Assembly: GCF_009914755.1 (NCBI RefSeq)
Contig: NC_060933.1
From: the human T2T-CHM13v2.0 reference genome, Homo sapiens
Length of the DNA stretch: 64,000 nt
Direction: 5' to 3' (one strand)
The position numbers and the translations under genes are program-made. The notes under the pieces are model-generated. The model was given only the letters and a program-made list of their open reading frames with translations, was not told the DNA's origin and did not search any database. Each line of letters begins with the position of its first letter. Position 1 is the stretch's first letter. Shown in pieces: positions 22,229 to 37,437 of this stretch.

Positions 22229-22272
22229 GTCAATCAGACATTTACAAGAAGCATCAGCAACAGATGGAAAAG
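22229..22272 (+). CDS. GPR107: GPR107 coding exon (W)SIRHLQEASATDGK with a non-canonical GC donor
   Basis: tttatttttag| acceptor; AAG|gcaagt donor; 44 nt, phase 2-1; joins in frame to 39611 (G+CT = Ala). Confidence 0.93.
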
Positions 22273-23027
22273 GCAAGTTCTCTCGTGCTCATTTTGTGTT
22301 GCTCAGCTTGCTCTGAACCCACGTGCTGCGGCACTGCGGAGGAGTGGAGGCAGCCTATGGTGTCAAGATGCTGTCTTCCTGGGAGGAGAGCTAGGGGAGG
22401 CCTGGGGCCCACTTCGTGAGAGCAGCCAGGGGTAGTTTGGAGAAGGAGGTGTTGAGTCAGTTGTATAAGGAGGAGGTTGGGGGTGACTGCTGCTTATTAA
22501 GATGATTCATTTCATTTCCACTCGTGGTTGTGATTTTCACCTTCTCAAAACTGAGTCAGCAAGAGAAAATCTTGTCTTAGAAGGGCCAGATAACACTTCG
22601 CTGTGAGAACAGGAGGGATAATGGATTGGAGATGGCTATGTGTAAAGCAGCCCTGCCTGCTGATTTAACACACTTTCAAAATAGATGTGTCAGTATTCAT
22701 TTAAAGCAAGACTCTGATGACAGAAGGAACCTTGAAAACTACCTGATATTGAAATGGTTGTGCCCTTTATAGCCCTTTTGCATCTCCTTGACTTTCCAGT
22801 CATGCCTCCTAAATCAGAAGAAAAGCTGCAAAGAAAATGTTTTGTGTGGTTCTGGGCTTATTTGAATAATGTTCATGACCACAGGCTGCCATAGCACAAG
22901 TGAGAATTTCAGACCACAAGGGTTTAAGGAGCAGTGCTCTCTTCTCTCAAAGCTCAGAACGGTCTCTGGATCCATGGTATCGTACACCCAGTGTGGATAT
23001 TAACATTCTTTAATGCAGGTTATGAAT

Positions 23028-23056
23028 AATAAATAAAACAGGTTTTTGTTAATAAA
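23028..23056 (+). terminator. Candidate intronic polyadenylation signal cluster
   Basis: AATAAA at 23028, 23032 and 23051 with GU/U-rich ggtttttgtt and gttttgttg; not part of an Alu tail. Confidence 0.5.
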
Positions 23057-23628
23057 GTTTTGTTGCTGACTCTATTTCTGATTATAAAGCCAATGTAGAT
23101 TCATTTTAGAAAATTCGGAAAATGCATAGTAGCTGTAAATCTTCTTTCACAAACCTGGTATATAACTAATAACGCATTATTTCTTTAAGTTAAATTAAAC
23201 ATGACTTTGAGGCTTCACGCCAGGGTCAGCCCTAGGTTGTTATTTAGAGCACAGTATTCTGGAGGATCTCGCCAGTTTGGGCCTGGAACAGATAGTATGG
23301 CATTCCTGCTGTCCAGGTTCACGTAACTCTTGCTCCTAGGCAGCCTGTGTGCAAGTCATACCCAGGCTTGGAGCCTTGGTCAGTGGTCAGAGGCCAGCCT
23401 CCCAAGGCCCACTCAGCTTCTGCGACCTGCACCAGCTTTTGTTTTCTTTCTAGTCCTGGGAATAGCCCTTCTCCCGTTTTCTCATTTTTTTCCCCTCAAA
23501 GATACCAGGTTCCCTTCTTTTCCCTCTGGAGTGTCCTCTTGTGATAGGTTCTTTTCAGTGGCTTTAAGCAGGAGTCACAGAGCTTTTGCTTCTAGCCGGG
23601 CTACATAGCCTTTCTTGGAGCCCAGTAA

Positions 23629-24577
<949 letters not shown>

Positions 24578-25079
24578 TAGGCTTTTTCTTATTTTAATAT
24601 ATCGCGATGAGACCATTTAACTTTATTATCTTATACACTTCTGTATTTCTCATTGGTTCTTCCGGCTGTTTGGCTAAAAATGTGTAAAAATCCCAAGGGC
24701 GGTGCTTTTTGTTGGCGAGGCTTACCTGTGTGTTTCTCTTTGCTCGATCCTGCCCGTTGATGAATTCCTCCCTTCTTTGCGTCCTCCCCGGCCCCTGCTT
24801 CGTCCTCCTGACTCGTCTACCTGTTCGGTCCTCCATCTTGCTTTAGCGAGTGTGGGGTGGCTGTGGTGACTGCCACTGGGACCATTTATTCCACCTGAGG
24901 TTGGTTGGTAGCTGAGGATCTTAGTAAGGTGCTCTGTCTGGAGTAGATGGCACAGCAGGTGAGGCAGCATGGGGTCAGCGTTGTCCCCCAGCATCTGTAG
25001 TAAAGGGTAACTTCCTTTAACAGGAACGCTTTTGTCATGGCCTGGGCACACAAGGCAGTTTCTCATTTTTTTCCACCAG

Positions 25080-25136
25080 GTGACAGCATGGGACCTCTTC
25101 AGCAGAGAGCGAATCTGAGAGCAGGAAGTCGCATAG
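25080..25136 (+). CDS. GPR107: GPR107 alternative cassette exon: (G)DSMGPLQQRANLRAGSRI
   Basis: ctcattttttttccaccag| acceptor; TAG|gtaaac donor; 57 nt, phase 1-1, no stop; matches the insert I recall in the long GPR107 isoform. Confidence 0.85.
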
Positions 25137-25716
25137 GTAAACCAGGGTTCACATTCCCCATTCTTAGGAAGACATCTGCTAAGGAAGCACCCATTTCTCA
25201 TCAGCAAATATCACAAATACTCTGAAAGAGGGACAGAGCAGATTAGAACGGGATTGTCATTTTGGTTCATGTTCTTTTCCCTGAATTGATTGAGGCTGTG
25301 AGATGCTTTTGGGCATCACTCTGTACCCTGAAAAGTGGTTATGCTTGCGACACTCCCAGAGCCAGAGCAGCCGTGTTCCCAGCTGGAGCCTCCCCTGCAG
25401 AGAGGTCTCAGGAATGGCCTGTGCTGGAGCTGCCCTCGGTTGTGACTACAGGGCGGCTATGTGCTGTGAAGCTTGCGGGAAAGCGGGAGTGGGCATGCTT
25501 CCAGTCGCTGGTGCTGGGATCTGTGGCCCCATTGGCCCTCTGTGCCCCCTCAGTTCACTCCTGAGATCTGGAGGCAACTAGGAGCACAAAGGCTACAGGC
25601 AATAATGTCTCCTATTAGATTTGGAAGCTTTGCTGGATAGAGCCTGACATTCTGTTTCCTGTTCTCAGGCTCATTATTCCAGTGACTCATTTCATGGCCT
25701 TGACAGTAACTTGGGC

Positions 25717-26262
25717 TTTTCTTTTTTTTAATTTAAAATTTTTGTAGAGATGAGGTCTCACTCTGTTGCCCAGGCTGGTCTTAAACTCCTAACCTCAAGC
25801 CATTGTCCTGCCTCATGAGGCCTCCCAAAATGCTGGCATTACAGGTGTGAGCCACTGCATCTGGCCACTTCGGGCTTAAGAATCTCATTTTTAGGCCAGG
25901 CATGGTGGCTTAGGCCTGTAATGCTAGCACTTTGGGAGGCCGAGGCAGGAGGATTGCTTGAGGCCAGGAGTTTTAGACCAGCCTGGGTGACATAATAGCA
26001 AGATCCCATCTCTACCAAAACCACACAAAAAACTGTGGCAGACCAGCCTGGGCAACATGGCAAAACCCCACCTCTAGAAAAAGATACAAAAATTATCGGG
26101 GCTTGATGGCACACGCCTGTAGTCCCAGCTACTTGGGAGGGTGAGGTGAGAAGATCACTTGAGCCCAGGAGATCAAGGCTACAGTGAGCTGAGATTGTAC
26201 CACTGTACTCCAGCTTGGGCAACAGAGCCAGACCCTATCTCAAAACAACAACAACAACAAAA
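25717..26262. mobile_element. Antisense Alu monomer (25717..25865) and sense AluJ with internal duplication (25893..26262)
   Basis: TSD aagaatctcattttta flanks the sense element. Confidence 0.88.
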
Positions 26263-26356
26263 CACTATGGCAAAGAATCTCATTTTTAGTTTAGGTGCAG
26301 TCCAGGCCCAGTAACTGCAAGTGAGAGACATGCCATTTGTAGTTTTCCTTCCTGCA

Positions 26357-26426
26357 TTGGGGTGAATACAGCTTTCCGTTTTGGGGTGAATACAGCTTTC
26401 AGTTTTGGGGTGAATACAGCTTTCAG
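26357..26426. repeat. 24-bp tandem repeat, ~3 copies
   Basis: ttggggtgaatacagctttc(c/a)gtt at 26357, 26381 and 26405. Confidence 0.95.
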
Positions 26427-27411
26427 AGAGTGTTTGTTTGGCTTTTACTTTGTTGTCTCTGGATTCCTTTTGACCAAACCTGAGGGAAATCTAAAGGAAA
26501 GCATTGAGGCCGAAGCTGCCCACTGTCCTTTAGCCGCGTCTTTGTCTCTCCTGTCACGCGCAGTGGCTTCTCTCAGGTCCTCGGTCACTGAGACTCACAG
26601 CTGCACTGCATCCTCCGAGAGGGAGCTTAATTGAGTCTCGCACAGACACACCTAGCGCTGGCTCCACTCTGTCTCGCCTGCTAAGATTTACTGGCTCTGA
26701 CTGCCCTTGAGCCCGCATCCGCGTTCCCTTCTCTTTCTCCAGTGTCATTACCTTATAGGACTGGCGTCGAGATACACACCGTAAATTTAATTAACAGTCT
26801 CTGCTGCTCACCATCCTTTTTTTGGGCCTTGTGTTTCTGAGGAAAAGTCAGAAGATGTATTCTGAAGAGCCTTAGCTTTCATGTGAGCTTCAGAAGTATT
26901 TAAACAATCCCGGTTGGCTGGCTGCAGAGTTGATGGAGGAACGGCTTCATTCCGAGGTGCCGCCGTGCTCTGAAAGGAGCCGCGACCATGCGAGGCATTT
27001 GTTAGGGCAGCGGTTCTCAAGGGGGTCCTCAGGATCAAAACTATTTTCATAATCATACGGTGTGAGTCTCTTGTGCTGTTGACATTTGCCTGATGGTGAA
27101 AAGCAATGATGGGTGAAATTGCCGGCACCGTCACGTGATTCCAGGCTGTGGTACCAGAATCTGCCAGTAGCCACTGCATTCTTTACTGTCACCTACTCAC
27201 AGGGGGTGAAAAAGGCTCATATCACTTAAGAATGGTCTTGAAATAATAAAACTGTTGATGTGATTAAATCTCAACCCTTGCCTTTTAATATTCTGTGAGA
27301 CAGCATGGGAGGTGTGCACACAGCACTGCTGCTGGGCCTGAAGTGTGATGGGTGTGGCCTTGAGGGAAAGTACGTGTGCACTTGTTTGAATTGCAAGCTG
27401 AACTAGCTGCT

Positions 27412-28214
27412 TTTATTTTATTTTTTTGTTGTTTTTTATTTATTTTTTTTTTTGAGACAGGGTCTTGCACTGTTGCCCAGGCTGGAGTCCAGTGGTGTAA
27501 TCTTGGCTTACTGCAGCCTCAACCTCCTGGGCCCAACCGATCCTCTCACCTCAGCCCTCAAAGTAGCTAGGACTACAGGCGTGTGCTGCTATGCCTGGCT
27601 AATTTTTGTATTTTTTGTAGAGATAGGATTTTGTCATATTGCCCAGGCTAGTCTCAAACTCCTGAGCTCAAGTGATCCACCCACCTAGGCCTCCCAGAGT
27701 ACTGAGATAACAGGCATGAGCCACTGTGCCTGGCCAAGCTGCTTTTATCTGGAAGAATGACTGTTATGGTGACACAGACATGGGTTTGTGGTGGACATTT
27801 TCTTGAAAATGAACAAAGTGAACATATTACTTCAACAAAAACAACTAATAGTATTTGTTGCCAGTGATAAAAGAAAACTTGTGTTTATCCCTGTCAGCCT
27901 GACAGTTTCCTAACTGACAGTTTCCCAGATCTTTTTTTTTTTTTTTTTTTCCTTGAGTCAGGCTGGAGTGCAATGGCACAATCTCAGCTCACTGCAGCCT
28001 TGACCTCCTGGGCTCAAGTGAGCCTCCCACTGCAGCCTCCTGAGTAGGTGGGACTACAGGTCTTTCCACCATGCCCGGCTAATTCTTATATTTTTTGTAG
28101 AGACGGGGTCTCAATTTGTTGCCCAAGCTGGTCTCAAACTCTGACCTCAAGTGATCCACCCACCTCGGCCTCCCAAAGTGCTGGGATTATAGGTGTGAGC
28201 CACCACACCCGGCC
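27412..28214 (-). mobile_element. Two antisense AluJ-like elements inside the Charlie element
   Basis: ~27412..27735 (TSD agctgcttttat) and ~27932..28214 (TSD cagtttcccag). Confidence 0.9.
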
Positions 28215-28753
28215 AGTTTCCCAGTTCTTATAAGACTTATGATGTAAGCAGAGGTGATACTAACAATGTGATTTTTTTAAGAATTCTATAATAAAATGTT
28301 TCTGTATCTGGGAGATCTACATAACACACTGAAACATTGTCTTCCACCTGGCCAGTGCAGGATGTTCCATAGTCATGCATGGGGGTAAAAGCTCTCCTGA
28401 AAGTGCAGGATGGACCAGTGGAGTTTATTAATGTAAGAGTGTGGAAAGTTCATTGATAAATTTCAGATTCCCCACCTCCCTCATCTTTAGAAGCAACCTC
28501 TTGTCAGGTTTTAATGTAGAATCACAGACTATTCACAGTAATCTGAAAAGGCCTACATCTATCTGTATGGGGCCAGATTTTCTTCATATATTTTCACCAA
28601 ATACTCCCTCACAGCAAGTTGAATGCTGATTGAATCAAATATGAGAACCCAGCTGCATGTTATTAAGCTAGACATTAAAGAGAATTACAAAAATAATTCT
28701 GGTCTTCTCATTCTTTTTTTTTTTTTTTTTTTTTTTTTTCATTTTTTTTTTTA

Positions 28754-29398
<645 letters not shown>

Positions 29399-29809
29399 TA
29401 GATATAATCATACTAACCGAAAAACTTGGGGTCTTTAGGAATTTTTAAAAGTGTGAAAAGGTCTTCAGACCAAAAGGTGGAGAACTGCTGTGTTAGAGAT
29501 GAGGCTTGTTGAGTCTCTCATGGACATGGGGATGTGAAGATGAGTGAAAGCCTGTCTGGTTCTTCTCTTCCTTTGCCTATTAAGCTTATTCCAGACTTAG
29601 CTGGCCAGATGCTTGTGGTTGTTTAAGATGTCTGTTAGTCCAGGGCAGCTTATGCCAAAGAACTCTGTTGTATCTGGGTGTGTTCATATAAACAGACCTA
29701 ACAAAAAACCTACTAGGGAAGACAAGAGGAGAAATAATCACTGAGTGCATCATGGCTGCAACTCATGTTTATATATTTAATTCTTATTTTTCATCCTTGC
29801 TTTCCTTGA

Positions 29810-29942
29810 TTGGTGGTTTTTATCCCTTTGGGGAATAATAGACCTATTTGAGAATCTAGTGAGAGATATAGACTTCCCATGTCTACATAAAGTTTTCCAT
29901 GTAATATCATGGATTCATGGACCCCAGATTTAATAACCTCTT
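29810..29942. mobile_element. MER103-like hAT remnant
   Basis: gacctatttgagaatctagtg...ggattcatggaccccagatttaataacc. Confidence 0.5.
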
Positions 29943-30169
29943 CTTTAGATTAATTTAAATCATCTTATTACCCTTCTACAGTGATTTGGATAGGAACACA
30001 CCAGCCGCATGATGTGAGACTTCCCAGAAGGACTCATTCCCAGAAGAGATCCTCCCCCTTTTTTCCGCTCATTTTTTTCTTGCTTTCTCTTTTCTATCAC
30101 TTCCACTGGAATGGACCTCAAAGAGCAGTTCTGCTCTGGTCCTTTTTGTTTTCTTTTAAAAAAAAAATA

Positions 30170-30589
<420 letters not shown>

Positions 30590-31571
30590 AATGTGTGTTT
30601 TTTATTAAGCTGATTTAATACAGTGATTTTAAATTTCTTTAATCACCAAAACTCTCTTGTCATTACTTTTCCTTAGCAGATTGCACTCTATTCCTGTAAT
30701 GCCATCAACTGAGTCGCAGCTTCTGATGAACATTATGAAATAATCCATTAACCAGTGATACCACTCTCAGTTCATTTAAGCTACATCCAAAAGCAGAGGT
30801 CTCTCATATCATCCGGCTGAGAAGCAGTCTTGTCTTGGACACATTGCCAGGCTTTTTTAGGCCTTTAAAGTGTTGGGAATCTAGTACTTCAGGGGGCCCA
30901 CAGCCACCCAGAGGGCCTGGTTAGTGGTCCGTGGTGGCAGACCCTCCCTGGACCTGCCTGGGCCTGGTTCTTCTGCCTACTGGTGTTAACATGCATGTGC
31001 TTTCTGTGTGTCTTGAGACATTGTTGAGAACCAACTCTTCTCAACTGATGACTGCAGTATTTAGGGAAGGTCAGATTCTCTTGCTGAGAAGGTTTTGCCT
31101 GCTATTAACCAGCCTTTGTCATCAAGCATTGGGAAGTCTGACCTTCATCCTTGCCTAGCTCGCTGCTGTGACTGTGTGCAGTGGACAGGAGGGGTTGGGG
31201 GTAATGTGCGCCTCAGCCCAGCTGCAGGGTTGCGTCCCAAGTCTCACTGGCATAGCTCACAGCATTGCGGCTGCAGGCTGCGGCTGGCAGAGAAACAGGA
31301 GAGACTGACGGGAGCTGAGTCTGAGATCAGCGTGGCCCTTTGCACACCACCTTCTCGGGTGCCTTTGGTGCATTATGGCTCTAGAATCGAAGGTAAATAG
31401 GAGCTGGAAACCTAACAGGCTTGGCAACAGAAGTCTTTGTCAGAGCTAGCTTTCCTGGTATTGTGTGGTCTTTAGTGCTACTCTGAGGAGCTGTTTCTGC
31501 TGCTTTTGTTGATGCTTTTTATTTATCATTTAAGATATAATTTCGTTTACAATAATATGCACAGTCCTTAA

Positions 31572-31960
<389 letters not shown>

Positions 31961-34099
31961 TGACTCAACATTTTGAAGATCAAAGAATTTTATTCTGTGT
32001 GTAGTTGTTCTTGACCACTCGTAGCCTTTCCCATACTTGCTCCTGATATGGTCTTTGAGTGGGATTAGTGGGATCTTTTCTTAGTGGAGGCCAGAGGGCA
32101 GCTCGTGAACTAAACCCTCCCCAGAAGGGACATTTCAGGCCAGTGTGGTCCCAGGTCAGCCCGTGGCCTGCGTCCTTTGGTGCCTTTCTGGTGACTGAGA
32201 GAAGCTGTTCGCCAGACTTTCAGGCCTGTATCTGACCACAAACGGGGGAGCTCCTCTGTCCCCCATGCTGAGTGAGCTGGAGCCCAGGACTTAAGCAGAT
32301 TGTGGAAATGCCGAGACTCAGCGTAAGTCAGAGGTACTCTTAACGCCAGCCAGGCTGTCCATCGTCTTTATTTCTTTAATTTTTGTGTTTGACTCAAAAT
32401 TCCCTCTGAAGCCCAGCAGAGAGGAAGCAGGCAACAAGGATGAAGAGTAGGTGGGGGGTGTTTTAGGCTCTGAGGCTGTCCTTACACTCAGGGAAGGATT
32501 GTTTTAGAAATTTTTCACGCTTTAAGTGGCTGTTGTGGGCCTTTGCTTCTGTGTGCCGCATAAATCATGTGGTGTAAACTCCTTAGAAAGGATTACTGCC
32601 TGCTCTTGGGCATCACCCAGCCTTTTGAGTCATGATTGCATCGTCCTGAACTAATCGTCCTGACCTGTGTCGTCCTAAAGTCACTAGTGGACTTTAAGGT
32701 TATGAACTGCCTTTCCCTTAGCATGAAGCGTAGGTGTTAAGAGCTTGGTCCTTGGAGGGAGGTGGACTTGGGTTTGCCTATTGGCTTCTCCACTTACAAG
32801 CTGGGTAACTTTGGTCATTTACTAAACTTCTCCAGGCCTGAGTGTGTCAGGCCTGCTTCCCCCACAGAGGCCATCGTGAGATGAAGCATGAGAGGTGCCC
32901 AGCCCAGCTTCTGGCACATGGTGATGACTCAGTTGATGGCAATGACCAGTGCTGTTGTTTTTGTCCTTGTTACAGTTCCAGGATCCTCTTGGGAAGTCAG
33001 CTGGGAAGGAGGGGATAATCTGTCTCCTTGCTGGCCTTCTTAGTTCCTCTTTCACTCAGAGAGGACAGGGGACCACCTAGGGCAGGGGCAGCACCTCCTG
33101 TGCACTGTGGGGGGCGTTGCTCTTCTGCTGAGTCATGGAGAGTATTGACTTGGGCATTTGCAGGGGCTGTGGTATTTCCTGCCTCAGTGGGCACTTGTCC
33201 TGTTCTCGTCAGTAAGAAGGACTTACCAGAATCGAGTGTCATGGTTATTTTCCTCAGAGTGAGTTGGAGGTAGAGGAGCCCACAGGACAGGAGGTCAGCC
33301 TTACAGGACCCCCAAGACCAGGTGGACATGACACCCTCCCCAACCCCTGTCTCCTCCTTTTCTCTCCCCTGCAGAGGTTTCAGCATCTTCATAGCCGGGC
33401 CTGATTCCCTAAGATGGGCAGGGGCAGGGGCAGCCTGGGCATCTATACTTAAAGCTCTTCCGATGATTCTGTTGCTCACCCCCATTAAGAACCATTGCTA
33501 TAAAGGAATTCTCCTCCACATGAGGAGGTCGATGCCTGGAGACAGAGGCAGCAGGCCAAGGGCAGGCACACCCAGCTGAGATGGGGCAGGGCTGGAAGGC
33601 AGGCCTCCTGGATCCTGCCTGGGGCCTTGTCTCTCTCCCCACACTCATTCTTTCACCGTATTTGCTGCTCCTCATGGTGAGGTCAGAAATAGCCCGCCCA
33701 GCCTTGGTGAGCCTTCGCTCCCACAGGAGCCCAACACCCAGCCCGCCACAGTCCGGTGAGCAGCAGGCTGTCGGTGTTCCTAAGTCAGGGAAATCTTTGG
33801 AAGAACAATGGAGGGAGTCGTGGGACCCCAGGCTGCGACCTGCCGCCTGGCTGCTCACTGCATCATGCTGGTTTCACCCTGCTCAGAGCGGGCTCCACCC
33901 CTGCTCGGCATCCTGACTCATCCTATGCATATGGCAGCGCTGCTTGCAGGAGAGCCCAGGCGCCCTGGCAGCCCCCAGGTCCCCATTTGTTCCAGTTTTA
34001 CTCACTGGATTCTTGCCAGAGGTGGCAGCCGCTGTGACACAGTATATGCTACATTTGGTATTGGGCTAATCCTATATGACACTAACACTGTCATGGCAA

Positions 34100-34330
34100 G
34101 TAGCCAACTGCTCACTGCGAGCCAGCTGCTTTCTGTGTACTATCCCATTAATTCCCCAGCAACCCTAAGGGCGGGCATCGTTACTTCTGCCTTAACAGGT
34201 GAAGAAACCGAGGCTCAGAGAGGGTTAGCTGACTTATCGGAGGCCACACAGCCAGTGAGCAGCAGAGTTGGAATTTGAACCCAGGATGTTCAATCGTGCA
34301 GGGCCCAGACTTTTAACCCCCCTGCTCTCC
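34100..34330 (-). mobile_element. MIR
   Basis: ttaacaggtgaagaaaccgaggctcagagagggttagctgactt...ggaatttgaacccagg. Confidence 0.8.
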
Positions 34331-34489
34331 TTTTTCTTACTCCACGAGTAAGCTCAGTCCCTGCCTCTGCTGCTTCAGCTGTGACTGGAGCTCCAGTGTA
34401 GGGCTTGGGAGCCTCACCCCCGCCAACTGCTGTCTGATAAAGGAATGTCTTATGCGTGACTGGAAATGATGGCATCACGACTGGTGGGT

Positions 34490-34781
34490 TTTTATTTTTA
34501 GTCTGTTTTTTTTGTTTGTTTGTTTGTTTGTTTGTTTTACTGAGACAGGTACTCACTCACCCAAGCTGGAGTGCCAGTGGCACAGTCACGGCTTACTTTG
34601 GCCTCAGCCTCCCCTCCTACCTCAGCCTCTCAAGTAGCTGGGACTACAGCCATGTGTCACCATGTCCAGCTGGTTTATGTTTATTTTTAGTAGAGACAGG
34701 GTCTCCCTATGTTGCCCAGGCTGGTCTCTCCCTCCGGGGCTCAGCCTCCCAAAGTACTGGGATTATAGGCATGAGCCAGCC
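34490..34781 (-). mobile_element. Degenerate AluJ
   Basis: Antisense Alu with deletions and a (GTTT)n tail. Confidence 0.85.
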
Positions 34782-35611
34782 TGCTGGGTTTTGGAAACAA
34801 CTGTGAGCTCTGCTTATTCTAACTACATTTCTCAAAGACAGCACTTGTTGTCCCCAAGGTCCATTTGTCAGTCTTAGCACCTACATGGCCTAGCATCTGC
34901 GCCGTGGTGATGTTTCTTCACTGGTGCCTGTGTGGGGCGCGCAGGCTCATTTATGGAGAGGCTCATTTATGGAGCGGCTCATAGCCCACCTCCCTTCAGA
35001 GGGTGTCTTGCCTGAGCCTGGAGGATGTGACGTGGTGACGCATGATGCCAGGGAGGTGCCAGGCAGAGTGCCTTCCTCTCTTTTGCTCTCACCCCACCCC
35101 GGTCCTTACTTGGTTAAGACCTGCAGTGCCTTAACCTCTTTGCTTTCTCTCAGTCCCCTCCCCATCCGCATTTCCTTCCCTGTGAAAGGAGAGACCCGTC
35201 AGACTTTACCTTGAAGATTCTCTCTGCTGTCTTCAACTTCATTGCCTTGTTGCTCTTCCTTCTTTCCTAGCAGCCACTGAGGTGGGATCAGCCTGCTGTT
35301 CACTGCCCCATCCACTCCTCGATCGCTCTGCATCGATGGACATCTCACTGCCTTTTAGAGGGGCCTCCGCAGAGTCAAGGTCTTTGACCTCATTTGGGCT
35401 TTTCCTCTTTTTTCTCTCCATCCTTCCTCCACGGAGGGATTGTTCTCAAGTGTAGACCTGATCGTGGTGTTGCCTAAAGCCTTTGGGAGGCTGGTTCGAA
35501 GGTGGCTGTGACCCCTCTCCGTTGATTTTTCAGTTACAGATCGAACTCCTTGTTCTGCTCTTTCCCTTCTTCTCACTGCTGCAGTTGACTAGTTTAAAAA
35601 ACAAACAAACG

Positions 35612-35918
35612 GGCTGGCAGGGTGGCTCATGCCTGCAATCCTGGCAGTTTGGAAAACAGATGGGAGGATTGCTTGAGCTCAGGAATTCAAGACCAGCCTG
35701 GGCAACGTAGTGAGACCCTGTCTCCATAAGAAGTTAGCTGGACGCGATGGTGTGCGCCTGTAGTCCCAGCTGTTTGAGATCATGTAAGCCCAGCAGGCTG
35801 AGGCTTCAGTGAACCATCATCACACCACTGCACTCCAGCCTGGGAGACAGCGAGTGAGACCCTATCTCAAAACAAAACAAAACAAAACAAAACAAAACAA
35901 AACAAAACAAAACAAAAC
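35612..35918 (+). mobile_element. AluJ with (AAAAC)n microsatellite tail
   Basis: Sense Alu; about 10 AAAAC units at 35868..35918. Confidence 0.9.
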
Positions 35919-35927
35919 CCTTCAGAA

Positions 35928-36137
35928 TAGCAGTGTCCAATCTTTTGGCTTCCCTGGGCCACACTGGAAGAATTGTCTTGGGCCACACTTAAAACACACT
36001 AACACTAACGATAGCTGATTAGCTAAAAAAGAAAAATAAAATAATTGCAAAAAAATCTTATAATGTTTTAAGAAAGTTTACAAATCTGTGTTGGGCCGCA
36101 TTCAAAGCTGTCCTGGGGCGCAGGTTGGACAAGCTTG
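35928..36137 (+). mobile_element. MER30 hAT-Charlie MITE
   Basis: gtgtccaatcttttggcttccctgggccac...ctaacactaacgatagctga...gttggacaagcttg; TSD-like cttcagaa / ctttagag. Confidence 0.9.
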
Positions 36138-36239
36138 CTTTAGAGGTTCCCTGGGACCCCCAAAACCAACAAGGAGAACAAGCTCAGTCTTCTGTGTCTT
36201 AATTTTTGGCTTTACTCTTAGCCCTGCCCCATTTCCTAG

Positions 36240-36887
<648 letters not shown>

Positions 36888-37437
36888 TCAGGAGAGACTT
36901 TTAAAGCATTTTTTATCATTTAAACTGTCTAATTGTTGGTGCTGTGAAGAATCGAGTGTTCATGTTGAAGAGGTGTTTAGCTGGTTTGGGAGGGCCACGG
37001 TTCCGGTCATGTCACTGGTTCTGTTAGGCAGAGTACAGTATGAGCTGGTCATTTCATTGTCCCCTGCCGATGGGAACAGCAGGTTTGCATCCAGAGAGGA
37101 ACACAAAAGGTTCATCCCAGAGGGCGAAGGTTAAAATCCCTGGGAGCACTTCATTATCGATATCTGATGCTTCTCAGTTCTCATGTCTTGTCCTCTGTGA
37201 AGGCCTTCCCATCCCTCAGGGGAGGAGGAACACCTGATCGCACACCGGTCAGCAGTGGCTGTGTGTGCATGTCACTCAGTGAGTGCATAATTTGTGCTTC
37301 GGTGCCCTTCTCTTCTCACAGGATAGCAGCTGCCCCGGGGGCAGAGGCTGCAGCTGTCGTGTATACTGCTGTATCCCAGGGCCTGGCTCAGAGTTGGGGC
37401 TTGGTGAGTTTGTATTGACTGAATAAAAAAGAGATGA

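Noticed and set aside
26357-26426. CRISPR-like direct repeats
   Set aside because: Head-to-tail units with no unique spacers, no cas genes, and primate DNA.
35245-35287. Strong pyrimidine tract + tagcag + GAG|gtggga (8- or 11-nt microexon)
   Set aside because: Frameshifting length, mediocre donor, and it sits in pyrimidine-rich, probably L2-derived sequence; no other support.
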